A stretch of DNA of 64,000 bases from Octopus vulgaris (lineage: Eukaryota). The position numbers and the translations under genes were made by a program. Location of the stretch: NCBI GenBank assembly GCA_951406725.2, contig OX597826.1:82522001-82586000 (forward strand). Direction: 5' to 3'. Positions 51,864-64,000 of the stretch are shown piece after piece; position 1 is the stretch's first letter, and each line of letters starts with the position of its first letter. A model generated the notes under the pieces. That model saw only the letters and a list, made by a program, of their open reading frames with translations, was not told where the DNA came from and did no database searches.

Positions 51864-51904
51864 GTATGTATATATGTATGTATGTATGTATGATGTGTGC
51901 AATG

Positions 51905-52182
51905 CAAGCGTGGGTCTATGGTAAGAAGGTTGCTTCAAGCCACATGGTTCTGAGGACAGTCCCATTGTGTGGCACCTTGGGCAAGTATCTTCTATTATAT
52001 CCTCGAGCCCACCAAAGCCTTGTGAGTGGATTTGGTAGACGGAAACTGAACGAAGCCCGTCGTGAACGCGCGCGCGCGCGTGTGTGTGTGTATGTCTTTA
52101 TGTGTGTTCTTGTTCCCCCACTGCTGCTTCACAACTGGTGTTGGTGCTTTTGCGTTACCGTTCTGTAGCATTTCGGCAAAAC
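51905..52182 (+). mobile_element. tRNA-derived SINE (family of 804-1229)
   Basis: GGTAAGAAGGTTGCTTCAAGCCACATGGTTC...GGCACCTTGGGCAAGT...CCAAAGCCTTGTGAGTGGATTTGGTAGACGGAAACTGAA. Confidence 0.85.
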
Positions 52183-52973
52183 AAATGTTATTTCAGGAAC
52201 TCCATTTGATTGCAGCTTGTAGATTTGGATAAATCTTTCCATAGACGTCAACATTAAATTCCTCACTTTTGATACCTGTATGTTCTGAAAATATAATCTT
52301 CCCAAATAAGGTGCCCTTCAAATTCAAGGCTCTTATGAAGCTGTAGCATGTTTCTACCACACCTTACAGCAGATACAGCCGAAAGATAATGAAGATCATA
52401 AGATAACCTTTGTTCATTTGTTTTTTTGTTTTTTTTCGGTGCCATCTCCTAGAAACTTATTCCACTCTATACTAATCTAACACTGTGCCCTGGACCATAC
52501 GTATATTTGAGTTCGAACCCAGGTTATTAATCACACTGTGCCTAAGCGATATATTGAAATATATATTTCCATATATATATAAATTTAAATACAATGAAAA
52601 GAAGACAAAAAAATTCTCTGATACATCTTTAATTATGAATTACACATGCTTCCGTACCATCTCCTTTTGCAACGTTAGTTTACGCGAAAATTCTAAAAGA
52701 AAACTTACGTAATACGTATTTGCGGTTTTCGGCATTTGAGAGCAACTTCCTCAGACTTGTATCAAAGTCGTGCTATTACATTGTGCGTCTTTCAGAGCTT
52801 GTTGTTATGAAAGCACCGGGAGGAAATAAAAAATTAAAAGTGCGTCTGTGGGATGGTTCTCTGAAGAAGAGATTATGTGAGGTGGAGGAATCAAGATGGT
52901 GGATAAGTATAAAAATAGGAGGGAGAAAGGGAAGGAGGAGGAGGGGGGAAACGAATAAAAGGCGAAAAAAATT

Positions 52974-53046
52974 GGAAGAAGAAGAAGAAGAAGATGAAGA
53001 AGAAGAAGAAGAAGAAGAAGAAGAGGAGGAGGAGGAGGAGGAGGAG
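52974..53046. repeat. (GAA)n/(GAG)n microsatellite
   Basis: Directly visible. Confidence 0.9.
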
Positions 53047-56000
53047 AAAGCAGAAGAAAGCTGACGGTGTGTCAACCATTACTTGTAGGGCCATTGTTAC
53101 CAAAATTCGTCCGGTGGAACGCGATGTATTTTAACCACAGAGCGATATTAGTCTGCGACAACTTAAGGTGGAAAGATCTATTAAAAAGATAACTTAACGA
53201 TTGTCCGGAGTCAAAGGATGAGGATGTAAAACATGCACGTTGGGGGGGGGGGACCCAAAGTATTTACGAGTGTTTCGGCAATTGGGAGAGAGGTACAAGT
53301 AGTATTAGTAAAAGAAGAACATACATGCATACAGAAACGTACACATAGATACATTCATGTATGCACACATACACACATACATAAATACATACGCCGATGC
53401 ATGTATACATACACATGTTCATACACATAAATAAATACATATATATATAAATATACACACATACACACAGTTATATATACACACACATATATATAGATAT
53501 ACATACATGCATATCTGTGTATGTACATGTATGTATAACTATATATGTGTGTGTGTATATAACTGTGTGTATAGATATATGTATTCATTTGTGTGTATGA
53601 ACATGTGTATGTATACATGCATCGGTGTATGTATTTATGTACGTGTGTATGTTTATATGTGTGTATATGGTGTGTGCATACATGTATGTATCTATATATA
53701 TACATATATACACCCACATATATACCTGGATATATATTTATGTTTGTGCAGGCGTGTGTATGTGTGTGTACAGTCACACGTTCACGTACGCACTCTCGTA
53801 CACACGCACACACACCCATGCACACTCACCTACACACATACTCACGCACACACACAAAGATACGCACACACACATGTATGGTTTCGTCAGGGCATTGCAA
53901 TAGTGGTAAACAATTGCTAAAAATCAATATATTTATGCCTTCGAGCAAAGCGCCACAAAAATACTGAGGTTAATATCGATTAATGAATGACAAAAGAATA
54001 GGAGTTACTTAGATATTTTCCTTAGTTTCATGGTTCCGTAGAAGCTATAGGATGCTGCACAACCACTCAGCTCTGAATGCACCGTTTCTAAGAGCGGAAA
54101 CATCTGCATGCTAATGCTGGTGATTACGTAAGGTCTGTTCTTTTATCATTCATTAATTATTATATATAAACGTATGTACGCTTGTGAAGTAACCTGAAAA
54201 TACAAATTATTTGCAAAACGTTATTGAGTTCAAGTTTCTATTTACCACAGCATCAAATAGTTTCATCTGCAACAGTTTTTTATGTCAAATACCTTTTAAT
54301 CTTCGCGCCACAACAGGACATAATGTAGAGCCCGTACTGATGTTGCTCTTACTGCTCCAGTACTATCACTGTTGCTCAAGCGAAGACCCGTGCTGTTGCT
54401 CCACTTGCATACTACGTTCACCACCAAGAATATCGAGTCACCATGATAAAAGAAAATATAAAATGCGCCAAGGCAATTATTGCTCGACCGCAGCCACACC
54501 ACATTTATTGTTCGGACCATTATTCATTAGTATTTCAAGCAGTAAGAGCAAGAAATATTTGAACAACCAGTGAAAATGAGTTCCTTGTGCACTGGATCCG
54601 TCAGCATATATCTTGCCCAAGTATGTGAAAACTCTTGTCTACTTTCTCTGCTCCGTATCAAGCGTCCAATTATGTTAGTGCAATCATCTTCGCTGCAGGT
54701 GGAGATCCATTTGTGTTGACGATCTTAATGCCGAGGGAACTAAGCTAAACAATAAAGTTATGAGACACACTACCAAAACGATATGAGGACTAGGAAGTTA
54801 GTGATTTGTCCGAAGCTGATTGGTGAGTAATGTGCATTCTTTCAATGAGTTCTGCTGAGAGTGCTTCATTCTTGTTTTAAATCATATTTCTTCAGAGTTG
54901 CACCAACTATTTTTGGCAGAAAACTTTCAAGACGTTTACCTTCCTTAATCTCCAACGTGAGCAGTTTTATCAAAAGTGATGGTCTCAAATTTAGAGCGAA
55001 GACCTGCCAACTGAATTTGAGTGAAGCTTCGAGCTTCGTTTCGTGGCAAAATTCCCAAGCACTAGAATTACCATTGTTTAACGCCTGTTACTTATGGATT
55101 GTTAAGTCACATTTTTTAAATGTGTTATACAGTGGCAATTATACTGAGGAGTGATATATTAATAGAACGTGATTTATGATAAAAAAAACCCACTTGTCCT
55201 AATATTTTTTTTTTACCTAACCATGCAGCAGCAGCAGCAATGCTGACGCTGTTGGAAGGCCATTGTTTGGAGGAAAATGAGATGACAATATATATTTCTT
55301 AATAAACACAACGACAGGTTTGAGAAAACGCAGATAAAATGTCAGGCAGAACGCACCTTACGTCTGATAATCTTTCGACCTGAAAGTCTGATATGAATAT
55401 GGTCTTATCTGAAAGAAAGTGTTATGAATATAATCTAATCGCACGCGTCCAGATATATTTTATGCTCAACACCTGCTATAAATTTTGCTCGTTTTAACTC
55501 GAAGTTCATATTATACTATAAGAATCTCAACGATTTACGTTATAGATTGTGAACTACAAACACACACAAAAGATGTGCCAGACAACTGGATAGAAAACAC
55601 TAGGGAAGTTAGCAATTCCAAATACAAATAAAATAGTGGCATCAAGCAAAACATGCCTGTTTCGTGAGATACCATAAAAAAGGACAGAAATTGGGAATTT
55701 CAGAAAATCACTGCAATCTCGCATGGGACCCGTGATTCGACCAAAGAATCGATCGAATGATTGTATAAAATACGCCGGCCACGCCACCCCCATACACACG
55801 ATATAATATTTCTCTCATGACACCCGAGATGTAGCAGAAGAGATTCTTAAAATCCTGAGAGGAAGGAGGCCAGATGATTCTAGAATCATTTAATATGGTA
55901 TTGCTGGTTTCTCATCTGTATGCGCAGTTTTCTTCGTATCTAAAGTCTTTCTACTTGATATCCGTGTTTCCCGGGTGTCTGACACGTATTTATACCCCTT

Positions 56001-56156
56001 TAAGCGTGGTCTTATGGATGAGGCTCACACCCGGCTGGATAACAAGGTCGAACGGATTGTTCCCTGTATATTTCACAGCATGTTCAAATCAGCTCTTCTA
56101 CAATGAACCAAATGACCCGGTCACGTGAATGAAGCTTCTGATCTTATGAGTCAATG

Positions 56157-56157
<1 letters not shown>

Positions 56158-56192
<35 letters not shown>

Positions 56193-56200
56193 CGACGATT

Positions 56201-56232
<32 letters not shown>

Positions 56233-56424
56233 AATAATAATATAAATGAGAAGAAGAAGAAGAAGAAGAAGAAGAAGAAGAAGAAGAAGAAGAAGAAGAA
56301 GAAACAAATGAAAATGAAGAAAGAAATGAAAATGAAGAAAATCAACAATGATATATTAATGATGATGAAGATAATGAAGATAAGAGCAACAGCAACAACA
56401 ACAACAAAAACAACAACAACAATA
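56158..56424. repeat. Compound (GAT)n(AAT)n(GAA)n(ACA)n microsatellite
   Basis: Directly visible. Confidence 0.9.
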
Positions 56425-56487
56425 ATATTGAAAATAATTGTTTCAAGTTTTAGTATAAGGCCAGCAATTTCAGGAGGATGGTATTAT

Positions 56488-56548
<61 letters not shown>

Positions 56549-57004
56549 TGTGTGCGTGTGCGTGTGTGCGTGCATGTGCTTGTATTTTGGAGAGAAATAA
56601 AGTAATAAAGTGAGATGCCGAAGGAGATGGAGAGAAAGCGGGGGAGAACGTGAAGGAGAGTGATTCGATATGTAAAGTCGAAGGAGATGTGTTGTATTTA
56701 AAAGTGTTCTAGGTAAAAGTAATTAATGATATACTAATAAGAGCAAATAGAATTAGAAATTATCGTTGGTTTAGAAGCCAGTAATTTTGAACGTTTGAAG
56801 CAAGCAGCGGCAAGCCTGTTCTTCAATATGCAATTAATTAGTAGATTAAAAGCAAAATAAATATATATTACATAGGAAAGGAAAAACTCCAGCGACTGAA
56901 GCGATAAGAGCGAATGAGGAGGAAGCGGTGTGTTTAGGTGTGCTTCTCTGCATAATCACGCACACACACACACACATATAGGTGTATGAATGTATGGATA
57001 TAAG

Positions 57005-57006
57005 TA

Positions 57007-57042
<36 letters not shown>

Positions 57043-57115
57043 TATTATACATAAATCTAAACATATATGCATATATATATATGTATATATATATATGCAT
57101 ATATATATGCATATA

Positions 57116-57174
<59 letters not shown>

Positions 57175-57281
57175 GTGTATATATATATATGTATATGTAT
57201 ATATATATGCATGTATATATATATATATATATACATATATGTATGCATATATATATGCATGTATATATATATATATATACA

Positions 57282-57323
<42 letters not shown>

Positions 57324-57333
57324 CACATATATA
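57005..57333. repeat. Degenerate (TA)n tract
   Basis: Directly visible. Confidence 0.95.
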
Positions 57334-57773
57334 GAATGGAAGATAGATAAATAGATAAAGAGAGTGAGAGAGTGAGTGAGAGAGATTCGGGGAAACGGAG
57401 AGAGTGAGAGCGATACACGCATGTATATACACGCAGTTACACACAAAGCACAGAAAAACTTTGAAATTCATCGAACAGCAAAAACCAAAACAATATCAAC
57501 AAGATCGATATCATAAACATATTTAAAAGTAATAACGCAATACATTCATTGATGATTATTTAATGATATATAATATATATATAGGAGTCTGCAGAAAAGC
57601 GTTTCGTAATTATAAGGTAGTAGCGCAATTGAAATACTATTTGAATGCATAATTTTCGTGAAATCTGATAAAAATGCCGTCAATTGCTGTTCACTTCCCC
57701 CATTGAATTGATTAATAGAGAAGCTTAACACAATTTTTCTGTTTGCTGCTTCACAAATACATGCATATACACA

Positions 57774-57827
<54 letters not shown>

Positions 57828-58000
57828 AGTATGTATGTATATGTATATATTAAATATATATACATATGTATTAAATATATTTATTCTTCTGGTTATGCTG
57901 TTGCATTGTGTAGTGTGAGCTGCTCGTTCCTTCTCTGCTATAAGCCATTTCTTCGCTATTCTTCTTTTCGTATATCCCATGCGTCTGCGCGCGTGTGTGC

Positions 58001-58044
<44 letters not shown>

Positions 58045-58316
58045 GCATACCTTTTCCTCACTATATAGAATTTTGGTCCCCAAAACCGATATTCTGCTCG
58101 CATCTTCAACCTTAATCTTATTCCAACTCTTCACCCCTGCCCACAGAAGCAATATACATGCATACATACATACATATATATATATATATACATGTATATG
58201 TATGCCTGTATATATATATATATATATATATATACATGCATACATACATATATATATTCATACTTATATATATATATATATATACAGGTACATATAAATG
58301 TATATACATACATACA

Positions 58317-58352
<36 letters not shown>

Positions 58353-59321
58353 TACATATAAATGTATATACATACATATATATATATATATATACACATA
58401 TAGATGTGTGCATGTGTGAATGTGTATATATATGTATATCTACTATATAGGTGTGCCACTTTGCAGTAACACAACTGGAAGTTCTGTTTCCCGCCTCGTC
58501 AGAAACATTGGAGAAAATATTTCGATTATTAGTTATTTAGTGGAACATTAAAATTTAATTGTGAACATTTGTTATCTGTCGTTATTGTCGTATATGTTAT
58601 TTGCATTATGTGTGGAGTTGGCCAATGTGTAATTATTCGGCTGATAGTGTATATGTGTTGCAATATATTGAAATTTGTGGATATGCTATAATGGGAACGA
58701 TAATTTGACAAAAGATATTTTTAAGTGAACGAGATAAGTGGATGGTAAATCTGACGCCATTAAAAATTCGTCAATGTGCTTTTATGGAAATGAACGGATG
58801 AAAACATATGAGCATTTTTTTTAATGAGTAGGAGGTGTTATATGGGAGAGTACATTATCTTAATTTAGTGGCTGAAAATTATATTGGCGATTCATATCTA
58901 TATTTCAATATGCACATGCATGTTGAATGTTTTATTATATTGTTTGTGTAAAAATATTAATTCAAGAATATATAAATAACAGAAGAAATTTGATAGTAGG
59001 TAAAGTTGAACAAATCTAGATGCCGCTGTGCTTTCATATTCCTGATGTGACTCGCCGGCATTGTGTTGAATATAGCAATGTAGATGGTTACTAAGATTGG
59101 GCTTGTTATAAAAACCATCGGAGTATTATGTGCCATTTCTGTGCGCTGAAGGTAAACTTTGTGTGACAGCGATATTTTAATATGTATGTCATTGACAGGC
59201 CAGAGATTAGCAAAGAAACAATTGCTTCTTAGGGTGGATTGTTTGTTGCTAACACAAGCAAGATGCACGATGTGTATTGTTATCTTATTAACTGCGAAAC
59301 GGGCTGCTAGCTCAAACAATC

Positions 59322-59510
59322 ATTAGAGCGTCGAGTAAAATGCTGTGGGTGTTTCTTTCATCTATCTCTTTATATTCTCACTTTAAATCCCACGAATGGG
59401 AAATTTAGTTTTACGCTCCTGGGGCCGATCAGTATCAGTCAGGTATTAATGTCGATGGAATCAATTTACCCCGGTTGCCTTAAACGTATTGACTTTGAGC
59501 TTAAATTGAA
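59322..59510 (+). mobile_element. Old, highly diverged SINE-like repeat (related relics near 31430-31555 minus and 33630-33775 plus)
   Basis: TTAGAGCGTCGAGTAAAATGC...TTTATATTCTCACTTTAAATCCCAC...CTCCTGGGGCCGATCAGTATCAGT resembles a tRNA-headed SINE with a GGGGTCGATAAA..AGTACCAG-type core. Recognition only. Confidence 0.35.
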
Positions 59511-60128
59511 GTCCCTTACTTGACAGAATTTTAACAACGTTTGGCATTGTTGTATTTCTCTGTTCTAGTGTGATAGGATCGATATTGTTTCATATCTCTA
59601 TCCAGTGGGAAAAAAATCTATCACCGATCAATCGCAAAAGTTTGAGTAATGTGTTTGATATCTAAATACTAATTTTAGATTTACAATACAAATGCAACCA
59701 CAGAGTTTTTCGTGATGCATCTTCTTGTTATATTCTGGACTGTTTCAAAATATTTTCTGCAAAAATACTGATTGCTAATGTACTGTTAAATATATTTTAT
59801 TTTGTTACGAAATGAGTTTTCATCGGAAAGAAAGCCAATATTAGGATGCATAAAATTCGGGTTTAATTTTCTGAAACAGGTTTGCAGTTGCTAGAACATA
59901 TATGTATACATACACACATATAGATGTGTGTATGTGTGTGTTTGTGTGTGTGTTTGTATGTGTGTGTTTGTATGTGTACTTGCGTGTGTGTGTGTGTGTG
60001 TATAGTTATATGTATGTATATATTTTCCATGTTTTTGTATTTGTGTTTTCGTTTCTCATTGTGTTCAACGTTTTTTTGATGTCCTGTACCCATTTATGCA
60101 TGTATATATACATATACATGTAAGTATG

Positions 60129-60163
<35 letters not shown>

Positions 60164-60667
60164 GCATATATTTATACATTATTAATATTATTATATGATC
60201 GAACGCCACGCATCCTTTTCCAAGTATATATATATATATATATATTCATTTATGTATCCCATTTAATGTAAATACATTGTTAAAAAATATTTATTGCGTC
60301 GTTAGTTGAGAGATATCTTATGGGTGTGCTGCGTTTAAAATCAATATATATCGGAGAAGAATGAAAATCGTCAGCAAGTATCGACTTGCGAGAACGTCAA
60401 TTGCATTTGGGCCCCGTTGGGATTTGTTAATGGTGTGTACTTACACCCAGCTCTATTTTTATACGAGAATTGTTAGCTCCGATATGTATGAAAACTGAAA
60501 AACTCTCCCTGGTATAGCGAATAACCACCCATTTTATGAATAGAATTTTTATTCGGCCGGGTGGAAAATCACAAAACTGTAAATGCTTTTTAATGTTTAT
60601 CTATAAATCGGAGGACACAAATCTCGTCGAAACATGCGACCACATCCGTGTACATAACATTGACGAG

Positions 60668-60777
<110 letters not shown>

Positions 60778-60819
60778 GGTCTATCTGTTTATCTATATAT
60801 CTATCTATCTATCTATCTG

Positions 60820-60955
60820 TATAGCGTGGTTATGTGGCAAGAAGCTGACATCCCAATCACATGGTTCCGGGTTCAGTCACACTACGTGGTACCTCGGTCC
60901 AACCAAATCTTCGTGAGTCGATTTGGTAGACGGACACTGAAAGAAGCTAGTCGGT
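60820..60955 (+). mobile_element. SINE head (family of 804-1229) after (ATCT)n
   Basis: GTGGTTATGTGGCAAGAAGCT...CACATGGTTCCGGGTTCAGTC...GATTTGGTAGACGGACACTGAAAGAAGC. Confidence 0.8.
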
Positions 60956-61499
60956 ATAACGGGAGGTAATCCCATAAAACTTATTCTCTCGTTATTCACT
61001 TTCTAACTGGTATTACGCTTTTCGCTGACTTTCTCTTTCATGTGTTCAGGGCAGAGAACTTCGGAATCGTACAAGTTCGTGGTTTAATGACCGACGAGAA
61101 CCTGCCTTGTTTTTCCAACTTCTTTATACTTGTAACACGGGTTACTTTCCCAGTCATAAGTTCCAGCCCCTTGTAGTAGTAGTAGTGGTGGTGGTGGGGA
61201 TAGTAGTAGTAGTTGTAGTAGTAGTAGCAGTAGTAGTAGTGTTGTTGTTGGTCGTGGTGGTTTTAGTGGTAGTAGTTGTAGTAGTAGTAGTGATAGTGGT
61301 TGTGGTGGTAGATACTTGGTATTTCAATAAGGTCATGGTAACTTTTGATTTTGTTTTATATAAACCATTCCAATTCTCAAAGCATGTAGAAATGTGGTGA
61401 GAAGGTCACGTATGCAATTGAATATTGTTGGGACAAATGTCTCAACTGTGTCCGTTTTCATGAGTTTTATACTTTGAAAGGCTCTACTTTGGCATCGTC

Positions 61500-61872
61500 C
61501 TTTGTTTGATTGTCAACCAAAACTTTAGAGCCCCTCCTACCAATATGACCAGTTATTCCCCGACTCGTCACCAGCCATCCACCCGGGTTCTACTAAGTAT
61601 TTTCGACGTTCCTTTCTCCTGGAAAGGTTCCATTTAGTATGCTGTGGCGTGTCTTTACCATTGCAGTAAACAATGAAGGACATCGACTGTTGGATGGCCA
61701 TTGACTCTGCTGAGTTTATTTATGCCCGTAGGTTTTTCTTTTCGTTCTGTAGGGTGTCCGACAAGACTCGCCCTCTTCACCAAATATGCATAGTAGGGTT
61801 GCCGGCTTAGTCACCGACAGCACGACCATGTCAGGTTATTTGTTACCGGTAGCAATACATGAGACCAGACAT
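61500..61872 (-). mobile_element. 5' leader fragment homologous to the RTE element at 3137
   Basis: Minus strand CTTGTCGGACACCCTACAGAAC...AGTCAATGGCCATCCAA matches CTTGTTGGACACCCTACGGGAC...AGTCAACGGTCATTCAA (3234-3312). The upstream structured leader is shared with 28083-28182. Confidence 0.6.
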
Positions 61873-63074
61873 CATCATCATCATCATCATCGTCATCATC
61901 ATCATCAGTTGTAGTAGTAGTTGCTATAGTAGTAATAGTATATACTTGTATTTGGTATTTCAATAAGTCAACTTCAGTTTTTGATCAATTCAAATTCTCT
62001 AAATATGTAGAAATATGGTTAGAAAGTCACGTATGTAAAATAACTAAGTTTAACTAAACAAAAAAATGAAAATAATTATAATTATAATTATAAAAAAGTG
62101 TGAGTCTTGTATTAAATTATGAGAAGGAACAGAATCAAAAACATGAAAGAGGTTAAATCTGTGAAAGGTTAAATGTCAACTTAGGATGCACGAAATTTTA
62201 AATTTTGAAAGATATTTAGAAAGTTGAAATCCAAAGAAAAATGTTTTACTCCTTTTCAGTTAATTTAATCAGACATTTGAAACTAGAACTGATGAACAAT
62301 TTCTACTGGTTCCGTGGTTTAGAGTATGCTAATATGCTTGGATCCTTAACAGGATAGCTTCCTGACCACTCATTTCAGGATCACTGTATACGGCATGTAT
62401 ATCGCCTACAAAATACTCAGGGGTCTTCATGATCTTTCACTGAAATATGTAAATGGAATTTGAATTGGATAATGTGCCGAAACGTGTGTGTGCGTGCGTG
62501 TGTGTGCGCGCACGCGCGTGTGCGTGTATGTAAATATAAAGAATGAACATGAATTACCGACAATTTAATTCGCTTACACTTGTTTCGAATATCCCAGCAC
62601 AATGCAACTGCAGCACATTGTGGTATGCATATTTAATCGATCCTCCATCTGATCGATTCAGTATCCAGAAGAATAGGGTCCCTGCTTACAAAGCTCTTCT
62701 TCTACAAGGTAATATGCCGGTATCTAAAATTGGTATGCATTGAGTTAATGTGGAATGGGTTTGACGAACCATAAATAACTGACCACAGTTCCTATTTTAT
62801 TGTCTTCTGTCATCCTTAATGAATACAGACTGTTGACAGACAGTTCTATTTGTCCTGAAATATGTTACAATGATTCAGTAAGTCTACGAAACACAATACG
62901 AAAGTTTACTAGTGAAATGTTCCTCTTAATACTTCTATAAGAATCACGCATCACTGAAATGACGGAGTACATCAAAGAACAAATCCTTTGTCTGACATTC
63001 AAATTGCATTCTAGAAGTTTTACAAATTTTCAGAATAATTATTGATTAGTTTAAAAGAAGTACAAAACTCTAAC

Positions 63075-63740
63075 CTCTTTCAAAGTAAGAATCTTCTGAT
63101 CTCAATACAGTTACCGTAGACTTCCAGCCATTTAGTAGAGAACTCTTGAAAGTCCTCCAAAATGAAGGTAACCAGGATCATATTCGCATCTTCTCACTAT
63201 TTTCGAAACGGTTTTCTTTCGGCTCGGGGAACAACTGAAAATCACAAGAAGCAACGTCTGGATCGTAGGGAGGCTGAGGTACATAGTGGACGCCCAGATC
63301 TGTTAAGAAGTTGGTTATCCGGATGGAATTGTAGACTAGTGTATTGTCCTGCTACACGTTGAACTAGCTCTTGACTTTGGCAATGCAATCATTTCCTGAA
63401 CTCACTCACAACCTCCAGAATTAGTGTTTGTTGATCGTCTGATTAGAGAGAGCTCAGTAGAGGTATATGATGCCCTTGGGGTCGAAACAATGCATCACCA
63501 TGTGCTTCCCAGTGGACTTGCCTTCCCTGGCATTCTTGAGTCTGGAGGAGCCAAGATACTTTCATCGTGTATTCTACATTTTGGTCTCCGAATCATGACA
63601 GTAGATCCAACTTTCCTCGCAGTTCACTACAGACTCAAATACTCAACCAAAGAGTCTTAAGAAACACTTCACACGGGCAAACTTCATATCATGAGATAAT
63701 TTGAAATTCTCCGTGAAAAACTATGGAGACAAGAGATGTG
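63075..63740 (-). mobile_element. Degenerate mariner transposase fragment
   Basis: Minus frames VNCEESWIYCHDSETK...KNAREGKSTGKHMVMHCFDPKGIIY, QQDN and VPQPPYDPDVASCDFQLFPELK. Confidence 0.8.
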
Positions 63741-64000
63741 GAATATGCAGTAACAATAACAATAACAATTCCAAATATTTGGATATTGATTCCCATATAA
63801 AATTTAGAAATAGATTCTCCTTCCCAATAAATTCAAACAGGAGCTGAAACACACTGAATATGAAATACTTCAATAACTTCTTCACTTAATGAAACTGGAA
63901 ATTCTCTTTGTCAAAATTCATAGACAGCATATCAAACAAATAGAATTAAGACAAATTCCACTGAGTAAACATCTAGAAATATGCAGAAAAAAAGAGATTT

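Noticed and set aside
58455-58510. CTGACGA-GGCGG-GAAA on the minus strand
   Set aside because: No stem II or stem I pairing.

Overview
AT-rich, microsatellite-dense eukaryotic intergenic or intronic DNA. The tRNA-derived SINE families and repeat landscape resemble an Octopus/coleoid cephalopod genome (inference from recognition, no search run). I can support no intact host protein-coding gene; almost all listed ORFs are translations of (TA)n, (CA)n, (ACAT)n or trinucleotide repeats. Recognisable elements are a decayed RTE-clade LINE (about 3.1-5.8 kb), an R4/Dong-like restriction-like-endonuclease (REL) 3' end, an L1/Tx1-like 3' end, five Tc1/mariner relics, a Helitron and a Helentron-type non-autonomous element, several SINEs, a MITE, a 21-bp minisatellite and a degenerate Penelope GIY-YIG remnant. 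The main signal missed by the ORF track is RNA structure. More than a dozen type I hammerhead ribozyme (HHR) motifs from several unrelated sequence families sit in short non-coding units inserted in or next to (TA)n-type tracts, often as fold-back pairs or tandem units. The clearest case is a roughly 490-nt retrozyme-like unit forming a 1.5-kb palindrome at 24.9-26.5 kb. A pseudoknotted, possibly HDV-like leader shared by three RTE-type 5' ends is a second ribozyme candidate. All folds were done by eye.
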